From: Octopus vulgaris
Lineage: Eukaryota
Direction: 5' to 3'
Assembly: GCA_951406725.2 (NCBI GenBank)
Contig: OX597817.1
Coordinates: 38,006,001-38,070,000 of the forward strand
DNA length: 64,000 bases
Positions within the stretch are counted from its first letter, which is position 1. The number at the start of each line of letters is the position of its first letter. The translations under genes were made by a program, and so were the position numbers. A model generated the notes under the pieces. It made no database searches. It had not been told where the DNA came from and saw only the letters and a list, made by a program, of their open reading frames with translations. Positions 1 through 12,710 of the stretch are shown here, piece by piece.

Positions 1-29
1 GTTTACGTGCCACCGGCACGGAGGTAAAT

Positions 30-132
30 ACAAAATTTTGATGAAAGGTTTAAATTTAAATCGCTTTAATACGGGAAGTTTGTAATATAGAACAACATAC
101 AGTCTCATGTGGGTTGGTATCAAAAGGGTTAA
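30..132. mobile_element. Right end of piggyBac-like MITE (second copy ends at 21380)
   Basis: Ends GGTATCAAAAGGGTTAA (reverse TTAA-CCCTTT). A similar ~90 bp terminus (ggaagtttg...agtctc...tggtatcaaaagggttaa) occurs at 21290-21380. Confidence 0.5.
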
Positions 133-431
133 TTCGTCATTTCATTCAACACTACCATCTAGTATTGAGTTGGGATGGTTCTCTGATTTGATGATTATTT
201 CCTCATGCCAGTCTTGGAGGTCCTGAAGAATTAAAAAAAAAATCCTAGGTAACTATGATCTGCAAAAAAGTAAAAATATATGAATTGGATTGCTTTAACT
301 GGTTGTTATTTTTGCATAGTCCCAGGTAGGTTTGCCTGAACTGTTCCTATCCCTAAAGAACAAATAGGTCGGCCTGTGATCATAATTATCTGACCTTATT
401 GTCTTTATTCCTGTGTTTTGTCGGTCGCACA

Positions 432-590
432 TAAAAAGCAGCCATTACACTCTTTGAATGGTTGGCATCAGGAAGGGCATCCAGCCATAGAAACCATGCC
501 AAATCAGACTGGAACCTGTCTGGCTTACCAGTTCCAGTCAAACCATCTTATTCATGCCAGCATGGAAAGCGGATGTTAAATGATGATAAT
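432..590 (+). mobile_element. SINE 3' fragment with (GAT)n tail
   Basis: ggaagggcatccagcc...catgccagcatggaaagcggatgttaaatgatgat. Near-identical tail at 8870-9007, degenerate copy at 7770-7930. Confidence 0.65.
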
Positions 591-1095
591 GTTAAAGTGT
601 GTGTTTCTCATTTTGCAAGTTGCAGGGAATTTGCCAACGGATGTGTGTTACATTAGTCTTAGTGACTGTGGAGTTGATCCTTGTATACTAGAGAGTTGTA
701 GGTGAGGGTCTAGCTTGGTCTAATTGTAGTCTTAATGGTAAAGATATTAAAATAATAATAATGAGCTTATTGTTTACAGTGCTCAGGTGCATTACAACTT
801 GTCAGAAAAGGTTAAGACAGGGAACAGAAATTAGATATATAAGTGAAGTAAAGAAAGACAGCACTAAAAGATAGAAGTAAACAAAAGAAAAAAGACATTG
901 TAACTAATATAGAAGATAAGAATGAATTCTATGTAAGAATTTATACAATTAGTTTCTTCTAAAAATATGTTTTAGAGAAAACATAAGAATACTCTTTACT
1001 GTTCATTTATTTTTTTTTTTGTCAATGCTGTTCACAGTGAGCCATTCTTCATCTCTGATTAATTGATACATATTATATTTATTCCAAATTTTCAG

Positions 1096-1213
1096 GCTAA
1101 ATTGATGAATGCCCTCATTGACTCTATGGTAAAGCGGAAACGCCAGCAGCAACAAGTCCGACCTCGCCGTTACAGTGAGCAGAGTTACGACTCAGTAGAT
1201 GGTGCTATATCAA
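1096..1213 (+). CDS. Internal coding exon of an unidentified protein (AKLMNALIDSMVKRKRQQQQVRPRRYSEQSYDSVDGAIS)
   Basis: Acceptor ttttcag|GCT, donor TCAA|gtaaga, open frame, non-repetitive, ends in phase 1, matching the next exon. Confidence 0.8.
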
Positions 1214-2035
1214 GTAAGATACTCAACTTTGTCTTCACCTTCACATTACAAAGCTAATCTTTAAATCCCTTTCAAGTAGCACTCTCAATATATAATTATC
1301 TAGGCTTGGATTTACTGAAGAAATCTTAATTGATCTCCTGTTCATTCTTAATTCACCTATTTTGAGGGCTTACCCTGACATCACCACTATCTTTATCTCT
1401 CTTTCCCCACTCCAACCCTCTCCTGTATGATGCAAGCAACTATATATCTCCTCTAGCAGAAAGCCAACCCCTCTCTACTGTAGTCCCACTTAATTTTCCA
1501 TTAAAGAAAAGAAAACGAAAGTAGATAATTTATTCAGTTGTTGGTAAAATTTAGCTAATCAGCAAATTTTAGGTTTTACAAACTTTTTAATCAAATCTCT
1601 TACTATTTACATGTGAGAGACTTGTCCCACCTATTTTTTGGTTACTAAGCTTTAGTGACATTCTATGCTTCATTTAAGGGTACATTATGCCTCCATTAGA
1701 ATTCATTTCATTAACTGTGAAAAGTTTTAGATTACTGACCAATGTAGTCCTCAATTTAGACCTAACCATAGCCAATGTCTTATGATTTTAGGTTAGATTG
1801 TCTCTAGTCTTAGATCTATTACATCAGGATTAACCAGGAAAGTGAGAACTAAACAAATACATACAATTTTACATTACATCTGAAGAAGGAAAAAAGGGAT
1901 GAGATGGCCATAGCTAGAACACCTTTGATCATAGACCTATTTACTCAATCAAAACTGACCTATGGCTAAATAAGAACAAGAACATTAGCTCTCAAAAGTT
2001 AATTACATTTTAAAATATATTATTTCTGTTTTCAG

Positions 2036-2098
2036 GTACCTTCAATAAAAGTCTAAACAAACTTAAACGTCTCAGTTTGGACACTTACTCAGTTGGAG
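2036..2098 (+). CDS. Internal 63-nt phase-1/phase-1 coding exon (STFNKSLNKLKRLSLDTYSVG)
   Basis: Acceptor tttctgttttcag|GT, donor GGAG|gtaaga. Joins 1096-1213 in frame without stops. Confidence 0.8.
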
Positions 2099-2998
2099 GT
2101 AAGACAGACTGGATTTATTTTTACTATTTCTTGTTTGTGTTTTTTTCTATTGTTATTCAAGACATATGTGTATAACTTAAGTTAATACTTAGGGACAAGA
2201 GAGCTTCCTCTCAGTTTCTACAACACAGGGTAAAATGGGAGAATTGAGTTGCAGAAATAGTAGAAAGTCAGTTATTTTAATTCTTTAACATCATGGATCA
2301 AATAGTGTTAGAGCTGACCTTTGTATTTTATAGTTGATAACTTAAGTACCAGACACACAGTGATTGTTTGTAGTGGTGGTGGTACTTTGAGTTCAAATCT
2401 TGATGAAGTTGACTTTGCTTTTCATTTTTCCACAGCTGACAAAATACCAACCAAAAACTGGTACCAAAATATGTGGCCAGTGGTGGAAATTATTTTTTTT
2501 TTTTACAATATTGCTATTAGTGCTGTAGGAATAATAAGACCAAATGGTGAGGTTAGAAAACTTGTTTCACAACCGTAAGGTCTTTGGTTCAACTCCACTG
2601 CATGGCATTTAGGGCAAATGTTATTTTCCATGGCCCTTGGTCAACCCATACTTTGTGAGTGAAACTGGTTAAATGGAAACTGTATGGAATCCCATTGGGT
2701 TGATTGTACATCTTGCTTATACACTATTATATTTATTCTGCCTGAGAATTATGTTGAGGGTACACATGTCTCTGGAATTTTTAGCAACATAGACATTAAA
2801 TTCAAGGGCTGGTTACTTAGATGATGGAAAAAGGAAATCTTCATTATCAAATAATAAATAATAAAGGTTCACCACCATTAGTAAGTAGATTGGTAGGTTA
2901 TGGTTTATCCCCAGGTCAGCCCTGTTGGAGTAGACTGACAATCAAGAGCATTTTAGCTGTGATCATTCTGTGTTTTTGTAGATCTATGATTACTTTGT

Positions 2999-3251
2999 AT
3001 TAATAGTTATCGCCAAGCTAATATGGCAGTCCCAAAATATAGGACGAATGCTGCCGTTGATTAGCTCCAAGAGGCCATAGCCTCTAGCTGTCACATAGCT
3101 AGCTAGAGGCGATAGCCTCTTGGCGCTAATCAACGGCAGCATTTGTTCTATATTTCGGAACTGCCATTATTAGCTTGGCAATAACTATTAATACCCAGTA
3201 CCGCTGCCGTAGTCTCCTTCAGAGAGACTTAGTAATAATAATATTTCTATT
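2999..3251. mobile_element. Inserted element consisting mostly of a ~200-bp hairpin, with a (TAA)n tail and 14-bp TSD
   Basis: TATGATTACTTTGT at 2985-2998 and 3252-3265. Palindrome 2997-3194. Confidence 0.75.
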
Positions 3252-3344
3252 TATGATTACTTTGTTCAATGTCTTTAAGATGGTAGGGTATAATTTGTGG
3301 GATGCTTAGCCAGATAAAACATGTCTCATACCCTGGGAAAATTA

Positions 3345-3485
3345 TATAATAATAATAATAATTGTGTACAGTGCTCAGGTGCACTACAACTCATCTAAAG
3401 TGTATATATAATCAGGTGTAGTTTCGGCGGATTTCGGAAAGCATGAGGGCCTTAAAAGATACAGTGTCATGGCAGTCAACAACGA
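3345..3485 (-). mobile_element. 3' end fragment of the CR1-group LINE seen at 14185-15193
   Basis: Reverse complement of ~15060-15193 including the (ATT)n tail. A related tail lies at 752-810. Confidence 0.85.
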
Positions 3486-4964
3486 AGATCACAACTCATT
3501 CAGATGCCAGTAAGACAGTTTATATATTGATATATCTCTGACCATGAAAAGTTAAGCAATTGACTGTTTATCTCATTAGTTCATTAAATAATTAACTAGT
3601 TATCTTCTTTTATTTTATATATGCATACAAATAACCATTCATGTAAAGATAGAAAGATAGATACAGGTATACACATTTATCTATGTGATAGAGATGTATA
3701 CATGTGTGTATAACTATCCAACATGCACAAAAAAATCATATATATCAATAATTAATGACAAGTTTACATTAATATAATTTTTGGAACTTATTTTATTGAC
3801 CCTCATAGAAGTGAAGTCTTAAAAGGATTTGGATTCTGAAGGCATAAGGCACCACACTTTGGCGGATTCATTTTTCTTATATACTGGTATGGAGTTTAAA
3901 ACTTTTTTTTTTTTTGTCAATTCAGCCATCTATGTATATGGGTAGAACAAGTGATTTTGTTTTACACCCTCATACTTTTAAATGGTGTATATATTAACAT
4001 TGTAGATTTTTAGAAACCATAATGCTTGGATTGTTGTATAGGAAGCAGTGCATTGAGATAGCATGTTCTCCTTTAACTGGACTCAGTCTGACTGTTGGCA
4101 TCATTGGTGATCCTTCAAGGGTCAGATGGTGATTATAAACCAAGCAGTGACAGGTACAATCCATGCAAGAGTCTTTGGATTGACCCAAGTCTATAATAAA
4201 AGACACCAGGTGCCATGAATTGCAATAACACTTAAACTTCTTAATCAGACCGCCTTGCATAACAAACCCGCAGTATTAATTCCTAATAAACTTTTACTAA
4301 CCAGATTTTATAGTAATGCTTTTTAATTCACCTCCTCATTATCTTAAAAAGGTACAAACAGTTTCCATATACCTAGTTTCTTCAGAAAGCTTTTGTTTGA
4401 TCTTGTGTTATGGTAAAAGACACTTGCCCCAAGATGCTCTGCATTACTAACTTATTAATTACATGGCCATGTGATGTACAATAAACCCACAATATTAATT
4501 CCTAATCTGCTTTTACTAAACTACTTATCTTAATCTACTACATAAAATTTTCCCATTTATGTATTCTCACTGAAATTATTAAAATTGTCTTAAAGAAGAA
4601 AGGTCTATTATTTCATGATAACTTTCCAGGAAACATCTTGCTGACCAGAATTTATAAAACTATGAGTTTAATTAAATCTTTATAGATAGCTTATTTGCAG
4701 TGTGAGTAAAGTGTCAAATAATACTAAACTGTGTCTTTGGTCAAGTTAACCTGTGATCAGAAGTATTCAATGACTATTCCATCTTTTATTTCAGAAATAT
4801 TATACATGGACTATATTCTCCAATATGTTCATTCTTAACATGTTAAGGTGTGAATAATTAGAGCACAAATTATTGATTCAGATCTTCACTTGGCTTTTTT
4901 TTTCTGCGATAGGGGAATGTTAAGTACAGTGACTTCACTAGTTTCAGAGGTTTTATGATAGTTC

Positions 4965-5290
4965 ACAGTATGGCTGAATGATATGAAGTTTTGCTTCACA
5001 ATCAGGAGATCCAGGTTTCAATTCTGCTGTGTTTGGCATCTTGGCAGATGTACTTTTCTATAACCTCAGGCTGATCGATTGACTTGTGAGTGAAATTGAG
5101 TAGATGGAAATTGTGTGGAAGCCTGTCAGATGGACTGTACCTGTAATTCAAAAAACCAGCCTTGTCACATGCTGCCACATTGATTTGGCCAGAGAATTAC
5201 ATTAAGGGTACGTATGTCTGTTGAATAAACTAATCACATCGATGGGCCTGGTAGTCCAGATGATCAAACAACTGAAAACACTCATCCTCT
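4965..5290 (+). mobile_element. Old degenerate tRNA-derived SINE with family-C-type tail
   Basis: Decayed tRNA-like head, body cttgtgagtgaaattgagtagatggaaa, tail ccagccttgtcaca...ttaagggtac. Confidence 0.6.
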
Positions 5291-5653
5291 GAAATTCTGA
5301 TTAGGATCTGTCCATGATAGTTCTACTTTAAATTCAGCTGAGATGCAGCAAATATATACTTTAAGAACTGCTGTAAATACATCCTGCAGAAATCAGTAGT
5401 TTCTGACTATTTTGATTTAAAGACAAATATTATGGAACAGAAAACCTGATATGGAATAATTTGAAACAGAGGAACATAAGTTATGACCTGCTGAAGTCAA
5501 TGTTTAGTTAAACAAAGTAACAATGTGAGAATGTGTGAAATAGATACCTTTTTAGATTTGACCATCCTGATAGTTTGCCAAACTTTTTTTTGACCATCAA
5601 CCTCCCTTCTCATTAAAAATATTTTTATTACCCACCATACTATATCTTAAATG

Positions 5654-6033
5654 GCGGCGCAATGGCCCAGTGGTTAGGGCAGCGGTCGTAGGATCGCGGT
5701 TTCGATTCCCAGACCGGGCATTGTGAGTGTTTATTGAGCGAAAACACCTAAAGCTTCACAAGGCTCCTGCAGGGGGTGGTGGTGAACCCTGCTGTACTCT
5801 TTCACCACAACTTTCTCTCACTCTTTCTTCTTCCTGTTTCTGTTGTACCTGTATTTCAAAGGGCCAGCCTTGTCACACTCTGTGTCACGCTGAATCTCCT
5901 CGAGAACTACGTTAAGGGTACACGTGTCTGTGGAATGCTCAACCACTTGCACGTTAATTCCACGAGCAAGCTGTTCCGTTGATCGTATCAGCTGGGACCC
6001 TCATCGTCGTAACCGACGGAGTGCTCCTATCTA
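5654..6033 (+). mobile_element. tRNA-derived SINE, family C (Octopus OR-like)
   Basis: A-box TGGCCCAGTGG and B-box GTTTCGATTCC. 13-bp TSD TATATCTTAAATG (5641-5653, 6034-6046). Homologous to 27502-27884. Confidence 0.9.
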
Positions 6034-7469
6034 TATATCTTAAATGCTTGCCGGGTACTGATGTGGGCAATTAAAATGTTAGCTAAAATATACATATATG
6101 ACAAATTAAGAAATCCTATTGAAGATGACTCACTTTTTATATTTAAAACTATGTGTACGAGTATACAGTTGTAGACTTTCAATTTTTATGAAATTGTTTT
6201 CACGATTAGAAAATGTGAGAAACACATCATATTGCTGGAATATCTTTTATTGAAATTGACAACATCAATGTGAGGGATGAGCATGGCGCTGACTAAGTGT
6301 TTCAAGCAGTTCATCTGGTGAGCTGGTCTTTTGCACACCGACCCTCATTCGACCCCTTGGCTACCATTGACCTACTGTAATTCTTTGCCGAACCCTAGGG
6401 GGTCCCTCGGATCCGTTTGATGACCCCTGTGCAAAACTGAACTAAAAAAGTAAAAACCTGGTTTAGTTTGGTCCAGAGGAAGGGACTGTGTCCATTACCT
6501 GTGCATTGCCTCCAAACCTGCAGTGATAAGTGACTTCCATGGCTGTATGAAGATTTGAACCAATAAACTTTGCTCTGATCATTTGTACCATATCACTTTT
6601 AGAATGGATATACTAGAAAATGTAGTCTGGAGTATACAGCATTCCTGCAAATAATAAGGTGGTAATGGCTGAAACACCTTTGCAAACAAACTTCTGATCA
6701 GTATTAAACACCAATCATTTGTCTTATCTTTAAATATTGATGAATACTTCTCACGCACACATATATTGCGAGAACCAAATTTTACTTTTTTCGTTGTTAT
6801 ATTTCCATCGGTAGTCATGCGATTAAATAAATAAAAAAAGTTAAATACCTTGAATAGTTAAGTAAAAGTTACCTCCCTTCAAAAGTTCAAATTACTGAAA
6901 TAATATAGAGTTGTCTCCCTTGAAACTTTTTTCCCGCCCAGCTCTCATCGAATGGACCTATAAGTTAAAGCGTACAAGTCATGAACATTCTTCTTTTTAC
7001 AGATGTACTATATTATCCAAATGTTCTTTCTTAGTTATTCTTACAGATTGTGCAACTCTAGAGGTTCTCTTCTCATTGACTTGTGCCATTGAGAATCATT
7101 TTAATCAAATTACTACAACAGATGTGAATGTCACAGATTCAAACTGTCTCTCTCTCATCTTAAATATATATTTTACATACATTTTAAAAATTTTAACTCA
7201 CTCCTGTAGTCAATGTTGCTCTCTACAAGTGCAGAATCTATATTCCTCTTAGATTCTGCACTTGTACATTACCTGTGTACAGCCCTGCCACCAAATTATA
7301 TACAGCTGTAACTTCTAAAACCGTACAGCAAATAACTGTGCAGCTAAGAAATAACATGGATTAAATTTAGTCCCACTACTATGAGGATTGGTTGGTTCAA
7401 GGCATGTGAAAGGTGGAAACACTATGGAAGCCCTCTGTCTGTGTGTGTCTGGGTGTACGTACATACACA

Positions 7470-7930
7470 GACGTGGCTGTGTGTTTAAGAAGTTGGCTTC
7501 CCAACCACATGGTATAGGTTTCAGTTGTACAGTATGACATGTTGGTTAACCTGGCTGACCAAAGCTTTGTGAGTGGATTTGGTATAAGGAAACTGAAAGA
7601 AGCCTATTGTGTATACAATCATACATATACGTTTTTGTGTGTGCATGCACATGGGTATATGTGTGTATAATTGTCTCTTTGCCATGACAATTTTGTGATG
7701 GCTGTAAAATGAACGTCAGCAGCATACAGGTGGTGTCATTTCCAGTCTTCAAAGAAAACCTTTCAAAACAGGCAAGGGTTGGTGACAGGAAATGCATCCA
7801 GACATTAAAAAAAAAAATCTTCAACAAAGGCGGTGCTCCAGCATGGCCGCAGTCAAATGACTGAAACAAGTAAAAGAGTAAATTCCATGCAATCCATGCA
7901 AGCATTGAAGAGTGGATATTAAAATGATTA
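7470..7930 (+). mobile_element. Older family-A-related SINE with a different tail, interrupted by a family-A 3' tail (7825-7880)
   Basis: gtggctgtgtg...gtgagtggatttggta...aaagaagcc head and body. ggcggtgctccagcatggccgcagtcaaatgactgaaac is embedded in the tail. Confidence 0.6.
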
Positions 7931-8869
7931 TATATGAGAGAAAGAGAGTGGGGGGAACAATAGTTGGTAGTGTTCTAGCTACTTTCCCTTTTTTTCTCAG
8001 CAGGAAAATAAAATAATTAGACGATGTACTGAATGGGGGTGGGGGTCAATATAATCAACTAAAAGCCCTTAAAAAATACTGTGCTAGTGATTGAGGCCAG
8101 TAAAAGAAGACACACACACACTTTATATATATGCCTGCCTTTATTCTTCAGTGATATATTTTCCCATTTCTTGATTGCTTTTCTGACCTCTTACCATGCA
8201 TCCATTGACCATTATTTCTGTTGACACTAATTGAAGAAAGAATCTGATACTAATCTATTAATGATTACCTTATTAGGCATGATGTTTTCAAAATTTGAAA
8301 GTGTAAGTAACTGAAAAGTTTGATATTGTAACATTGATACACTTCCGATTAACTTTAATTGTACCATTTTGCTACAAATAAACTGAGAAAAGTAAAAGAC
8401 CCTGACACAGTTACAAAAATTAGCAGTTTTCTATCATTGTTATATGCATTACCCTTGTTCAGTTTAAAAAAAAACAAATATAAAATGGTGAATATATTGC
8501 TGCCAACTTTTGGTAAACCAGCTTTGAGTTGGACTGGAAGTGTTTATGTGGACACTGTACTTGCTAAAAATAACCAATGACTCACATGCTGTCTTAAAAT
8601 AGGACATGTTGGATAGTATAAGCTGGTGTACTCACTATTCTAAGAAAATGACTGGATGGTCTTAAATGGAACACTTGATCATAGGTTTGCTTGCCCAGAA
8701 CTAACATGGAGCTAAACAACCTGTTATCTAATCCTTCTTATAGCTAGCTCACTTATTCTGCTAACTCAATTATCGTAATTCTTTTAAAACAGTTGAGCAT
8801 TATTTGAGGGTGATTCAACCGTTATTTCTTAGATATCAGTCCACTGCATAACAGCTCCCTCGTTGTATT

Positions 8870-9007
8870 GAGATGGAAGGGCATCCAGCCGTTGAAACAC
8901 TGCCAGATCAGACTGGGCCTGATGCAGCCTTCTGGCTTCACAGACCCCAGTTGAACTGTCCAACCCATGCTTGCATGGAAAGCGGACGCTAAATGGTGAT
9001 GATGATG
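8870..9007 (+). mobile_element. SINE 3' fragment with (GAT)n tail
   Basis: Homologous to 432-590. Confidence 0.65.
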
Positions 9008-9278
9008 AGATATATATATATATATGTTAGTGTGATTTATCCTCATACATGCTGAATACTCACAATTTCTATAACAAATTGCATCAACAAATTAAAAATG
9101 ATAATTTTGAAATAATTAACTTTATTTTTCTTATGTGTTTAAATTACCTATATTATTCCAAATTAATTAACTATGTGGAATAAGTACTTCCAACCTTATA
9201 TCAATCAATGATGTTTTTTGGTTTTTCAATATATCACTTCACATTTCTAATACTGTCTACCATTTGTTTTCCTTCCAG

Positions 9279-9295
9279 GGGAACGACTCAGTTAA
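9279..9295 (+). CDS. Probable terminal coding exon (G-E-R-L-S-stop) followed by AT-rich 3'UTR
   Basis: Strong acceptor tttgttttccttccag|GG. Phase 1 gives GGG GAA CGA CTC AGT TAA. Downstream ~700 nt is non-repetitive and UTR-like. Confidence 0.6.
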
Positions 9296-9922
9296 AAGCA
9301 GCTTGATTGACCCGTAACATTCCATGACATGCAGTTCTAATTTACTTCATTCAATACATTGAAAGTTTGCTTCTGTCTTGCATTTTACTCCTCCCGTTTT
9401 TCATCTCATTTCTGTGGATATCAAATATGTGCAAAAAAAAAAAATGTAAGAGCAATCGATTCTTCCTGACATTTTGCAAAGAATTGGCAGTTGTGCCATT
9501 ATATGTGGACATTTTATTTATTGCTTTTTATTCATTTTTATTGTTCTGATGATTTCAACAGTAGGACACCTCCCTTACCCAGGGTTATTACCTCAAATCT
9601 TTCCGATTTTAATTATTCAAAACATTTTAATTTCCATCTTTTTACTAAGACACAGTTCATCACATTATTCACACTCAACCCGTGGTTTTCTTTTTTGTTG
9701 TATTTTTATTTGTAAATGTATTTATTCACTTATTTGGTGTTCATCAAATTCCCTTGTTTTCCTTGTATAATTTACACAGTAGCTAATATTTGGTAACAAA
9801 AATCAAAAAGTGCAATTTGAAATGTATATAGTTGTTTGTTCAGCTTCAATAACAGCAAAAGAGCGAAATAATGTTTACTGCTGTAAAAAATTACTTCTGC
9901 TTATTAACTGGTAATTTTTTAA

Positions 9923-9970
9923 AATAAATTACCTGCTTAATAAACAGAAATTTATAAATCTGCCAATAAA
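9923..9970 (+). terminator. Cluster of three AATAAA polyadenylation signals
   Basis: AATAAA at 9923, 9939 and 9965, followed by GT/T-rich ttggtattatgttgaaatgttt. Confidence 0.45.
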
Positions 9971-10117
9971 GTAAATTATTCTTGGTATTATGTTGAAATG
10001 TTTAATTTTAATGATAAATCAGTATGTTTTATATTTCAGTATTTTTATCATTAAAAAATAGGAAACAAATTCACATCATAAGTTATATTAGCTGAAAGAC
10101 AGAGAAGTAAATGTTTC

Positions 10118-10500
10118 GGATCTTTTCGGTTTGAACGGCAGTCTTTTCTAGCGGTGTTATATGAAACTGTCACCCATAATTATGACCCTAGTATCGATCT
10201 ATTGCATTTCAATCTGTGTTAGGGTTGGTTAGGGGGAAGGGTATCTTTTTTTTTTCTTCAGAAATGTAAATAAACCCAATCTATTTCTTAAATGAGGGAC
10301 ATATTCATACGGCACAGAATGTTTTTACCTCCAATAGACATCATTGATTGGTTGAAATTGCAGAAATTAAACTATAGAATTTTCTTAAAGCCAGGAGAAA
10401 AAGATGTTTTATAAACACATTCTACCAGTACACGAAGTTTAAAAGTGTTTAGTTATGTGGAAATTATTTTAAAAAACTGCCGTTCAAACCGAAAAGATCC
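10118..10500. mobile_element. MITE with perfect 25-bp TIRs, Merlin-like
   Basis: GGATCTTTTCGGTTTGAACGGCAGT ... ACTGCCGTTCAAACCGAAAAGATCC. Flanks AATGTTTC/AATGTTTG (8-bp TSD, 7/8). GG termini plus 8-bp TSD fit Merlin. Confidence 0.85.
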
Positions 10501-10974
10501 AATGTTTGTATAAAGTATACACATTAAGATAGGATACATATCAACACCCTTACATGATTCTCAATAATAAAACATTAATTGTATAAAAAATACCAAACTG
10601 TTAGCCTTCTTGCGCTTGAATCAGATTTTTTAAAATATGTTGACAAAACTATTCAGGTCAAAATTAAATTTAACATAACTTGCACTGAGATATATATATA
10701 TATTTCTTTTTTGGAATGTCTCAAAGCACATGCATAAAACAGTAAATAACCAGTAAATATTGGGTTGAAGAAAAATCACTTCTGGATAGAAAAAAAAAAA
10801 ACAGGTGCAGCCTTCAACTTGTTTTTTTTTTCAGAAGGGTTTTTTTTTCTTTTCAACACAATATTTACCTGTTATTTATAACTTTATATATTTCAAGATA
10901 TTCTAAAAAGGAATTAATTCTCTTTCTCTTGAATGTTTATAGAATTCTTCTGACAATATACACCCTCATACATA

Positions 10975-11183
10975 TCTATTTCTTTACTACCCACGAGGGG
11001 CTAAACACAGAGGACAAATGGATTAAGTCGATTATATCGACCCCAGTGCGTAACTGGTACTTATTTAATTGACCCCAAAAGGATGAAAGGCAAAGTCGAC
11101 CTCGGCAGAATTTGAACTCAGAACGTAGTGACAGACGAAATATCGCTAAACATTTCGCCCGGCGTGCTAACGTTTCTGCCCTT
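10975..11183 (-). mobile_element. SINE family B, 5'-truncated
   Basis: Reverse of ggcagaaacgttagcacgccggg...gcctttcatcc...ctggggtcgat. 14-bp TSD CACCCTCATACATA (10961-10974, 11184-11197). Confidence 0.9.
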
Positions 11184-12710
11184 CACCCTCATACATACCA
11201 CCACAGAGATTTACCTCTCCTGTATAACATATGTGGTATTGTGGATTCAACAATGATTCAGTTGTACAATTAACTGAATAATCTGACACATGTATCCTTA
11301 ACTTAAATCTTAAGAATCAGCATAAAAGCCAGTATGTGTGACAAGGCTGTACTTTTTGAATTACATGGCTTGTTTGTATAGTTTAGATCAAACCAATATT
11401 TCTCACAAGGTATGAACCGCCCAGAGTCTATAGAATATGACATTTGTCCAAAATGCCATGCAGTTGGTTCAAACCTGATACCTCATGGTTGCAAAGAGAA
11501 CTTCTTAACCATTTGGCTATACTGCACCTACAGCTATATGTATTAACATATGAAAAGAAAGTACTCAGTACTTAATAGAAAGAATGAAGATAAGTGAAAA
11601 ATTAGGTGGGGGCAGAGATTCACAAGAGAACCAAAGTAGAAAATAGAGAGAGTTGATAACAGGAGAGTATTAACGAGATGTGTTTGTAGATGGAGCACAG
11701 AAAACTATTATATTGTAGCTGAATTTTGTTTGTTAAAACAATATCACCATCACCAATGTATTAAAATGAGCTAGTAAGTGAGAGACAGTTTGTGAAGAGG
11801 TGAAAATGAACGTCTAGACATGTTTATGGTTTTTAAAGTTAAAGAAAGATCAGCATTCACGATTCTTTACAGGTCTTTGAAAACTGAAGTCAATGTAATT
11901 GAGAAACACAGATAAGGAACTAGAGAGCATGGTCTGAATGCTTACAACAATGTGAACTCTGTTAAAGGTATTTAAGGACCAGAAGATGGTATTAGACACG
12001 AGTTTCATATTTAAATGATGAAATTAGTTTGTCAGGTGTATATTGAGTTTATCAATTAGGAAATTAGGCAAATTATGTATGATGAGAAAGGTTAATTGTT
12101 TATCTATTATATTCAAGTGCTAACAAAATAGATTCTTGTGTAAAATGTGTCCTATTGTGGAAAGGGATTGTAAAAATGTGAGAAATTCAAACGAATGCTA
12201 TTGTGGTGTACAGTCATACACAGATGACAATCTGTGTGTGCATGTGAGAGTGAGGAATATATGTATACACATGGATACATAGTTTTCTAAATGTATATTA
12301 ATAACCATATTCCTAATTTTTTTTTTTTTTTTGTAAATTATGTTTAATGGTATGTCCTGGATACGAGTGTTACTAACGAAATAATACCTAGTGCTTAAAT
12401 TATTTTATTAGCAAAACGGAGTTTGGTGTGGACCGTGATCACAGAGCACGACAGCAAGAATTGAACTGGGAGAAGTAAGTGGGTTAGAGGGAAAGGGCAA
12501 AGAAAAGAAATTAGAATTGGCAATTTAGAGAGGAGAATCAAGTTTGACAAGGATTTTTTAACTCAGGAAGAAAGGAATGAAATTAATGCAAGAATTATAT
12601 CCAGAAGGTATAGTACAAAGAAGCTGAAGTTAATTAGGAAAGAAAATGAGAAATAGTCAAGACTATTGAAAAGGTTGCAAGACGCAACGAAAATTTTACG
12701 AAAATAAAAA

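Noticed and set aside
6911-7252. 113-aa ORF as an extra exon of the host gene
   Set aside because: It overlaps old repeat sequence, has no convincing donor site and has low-complexity composition.
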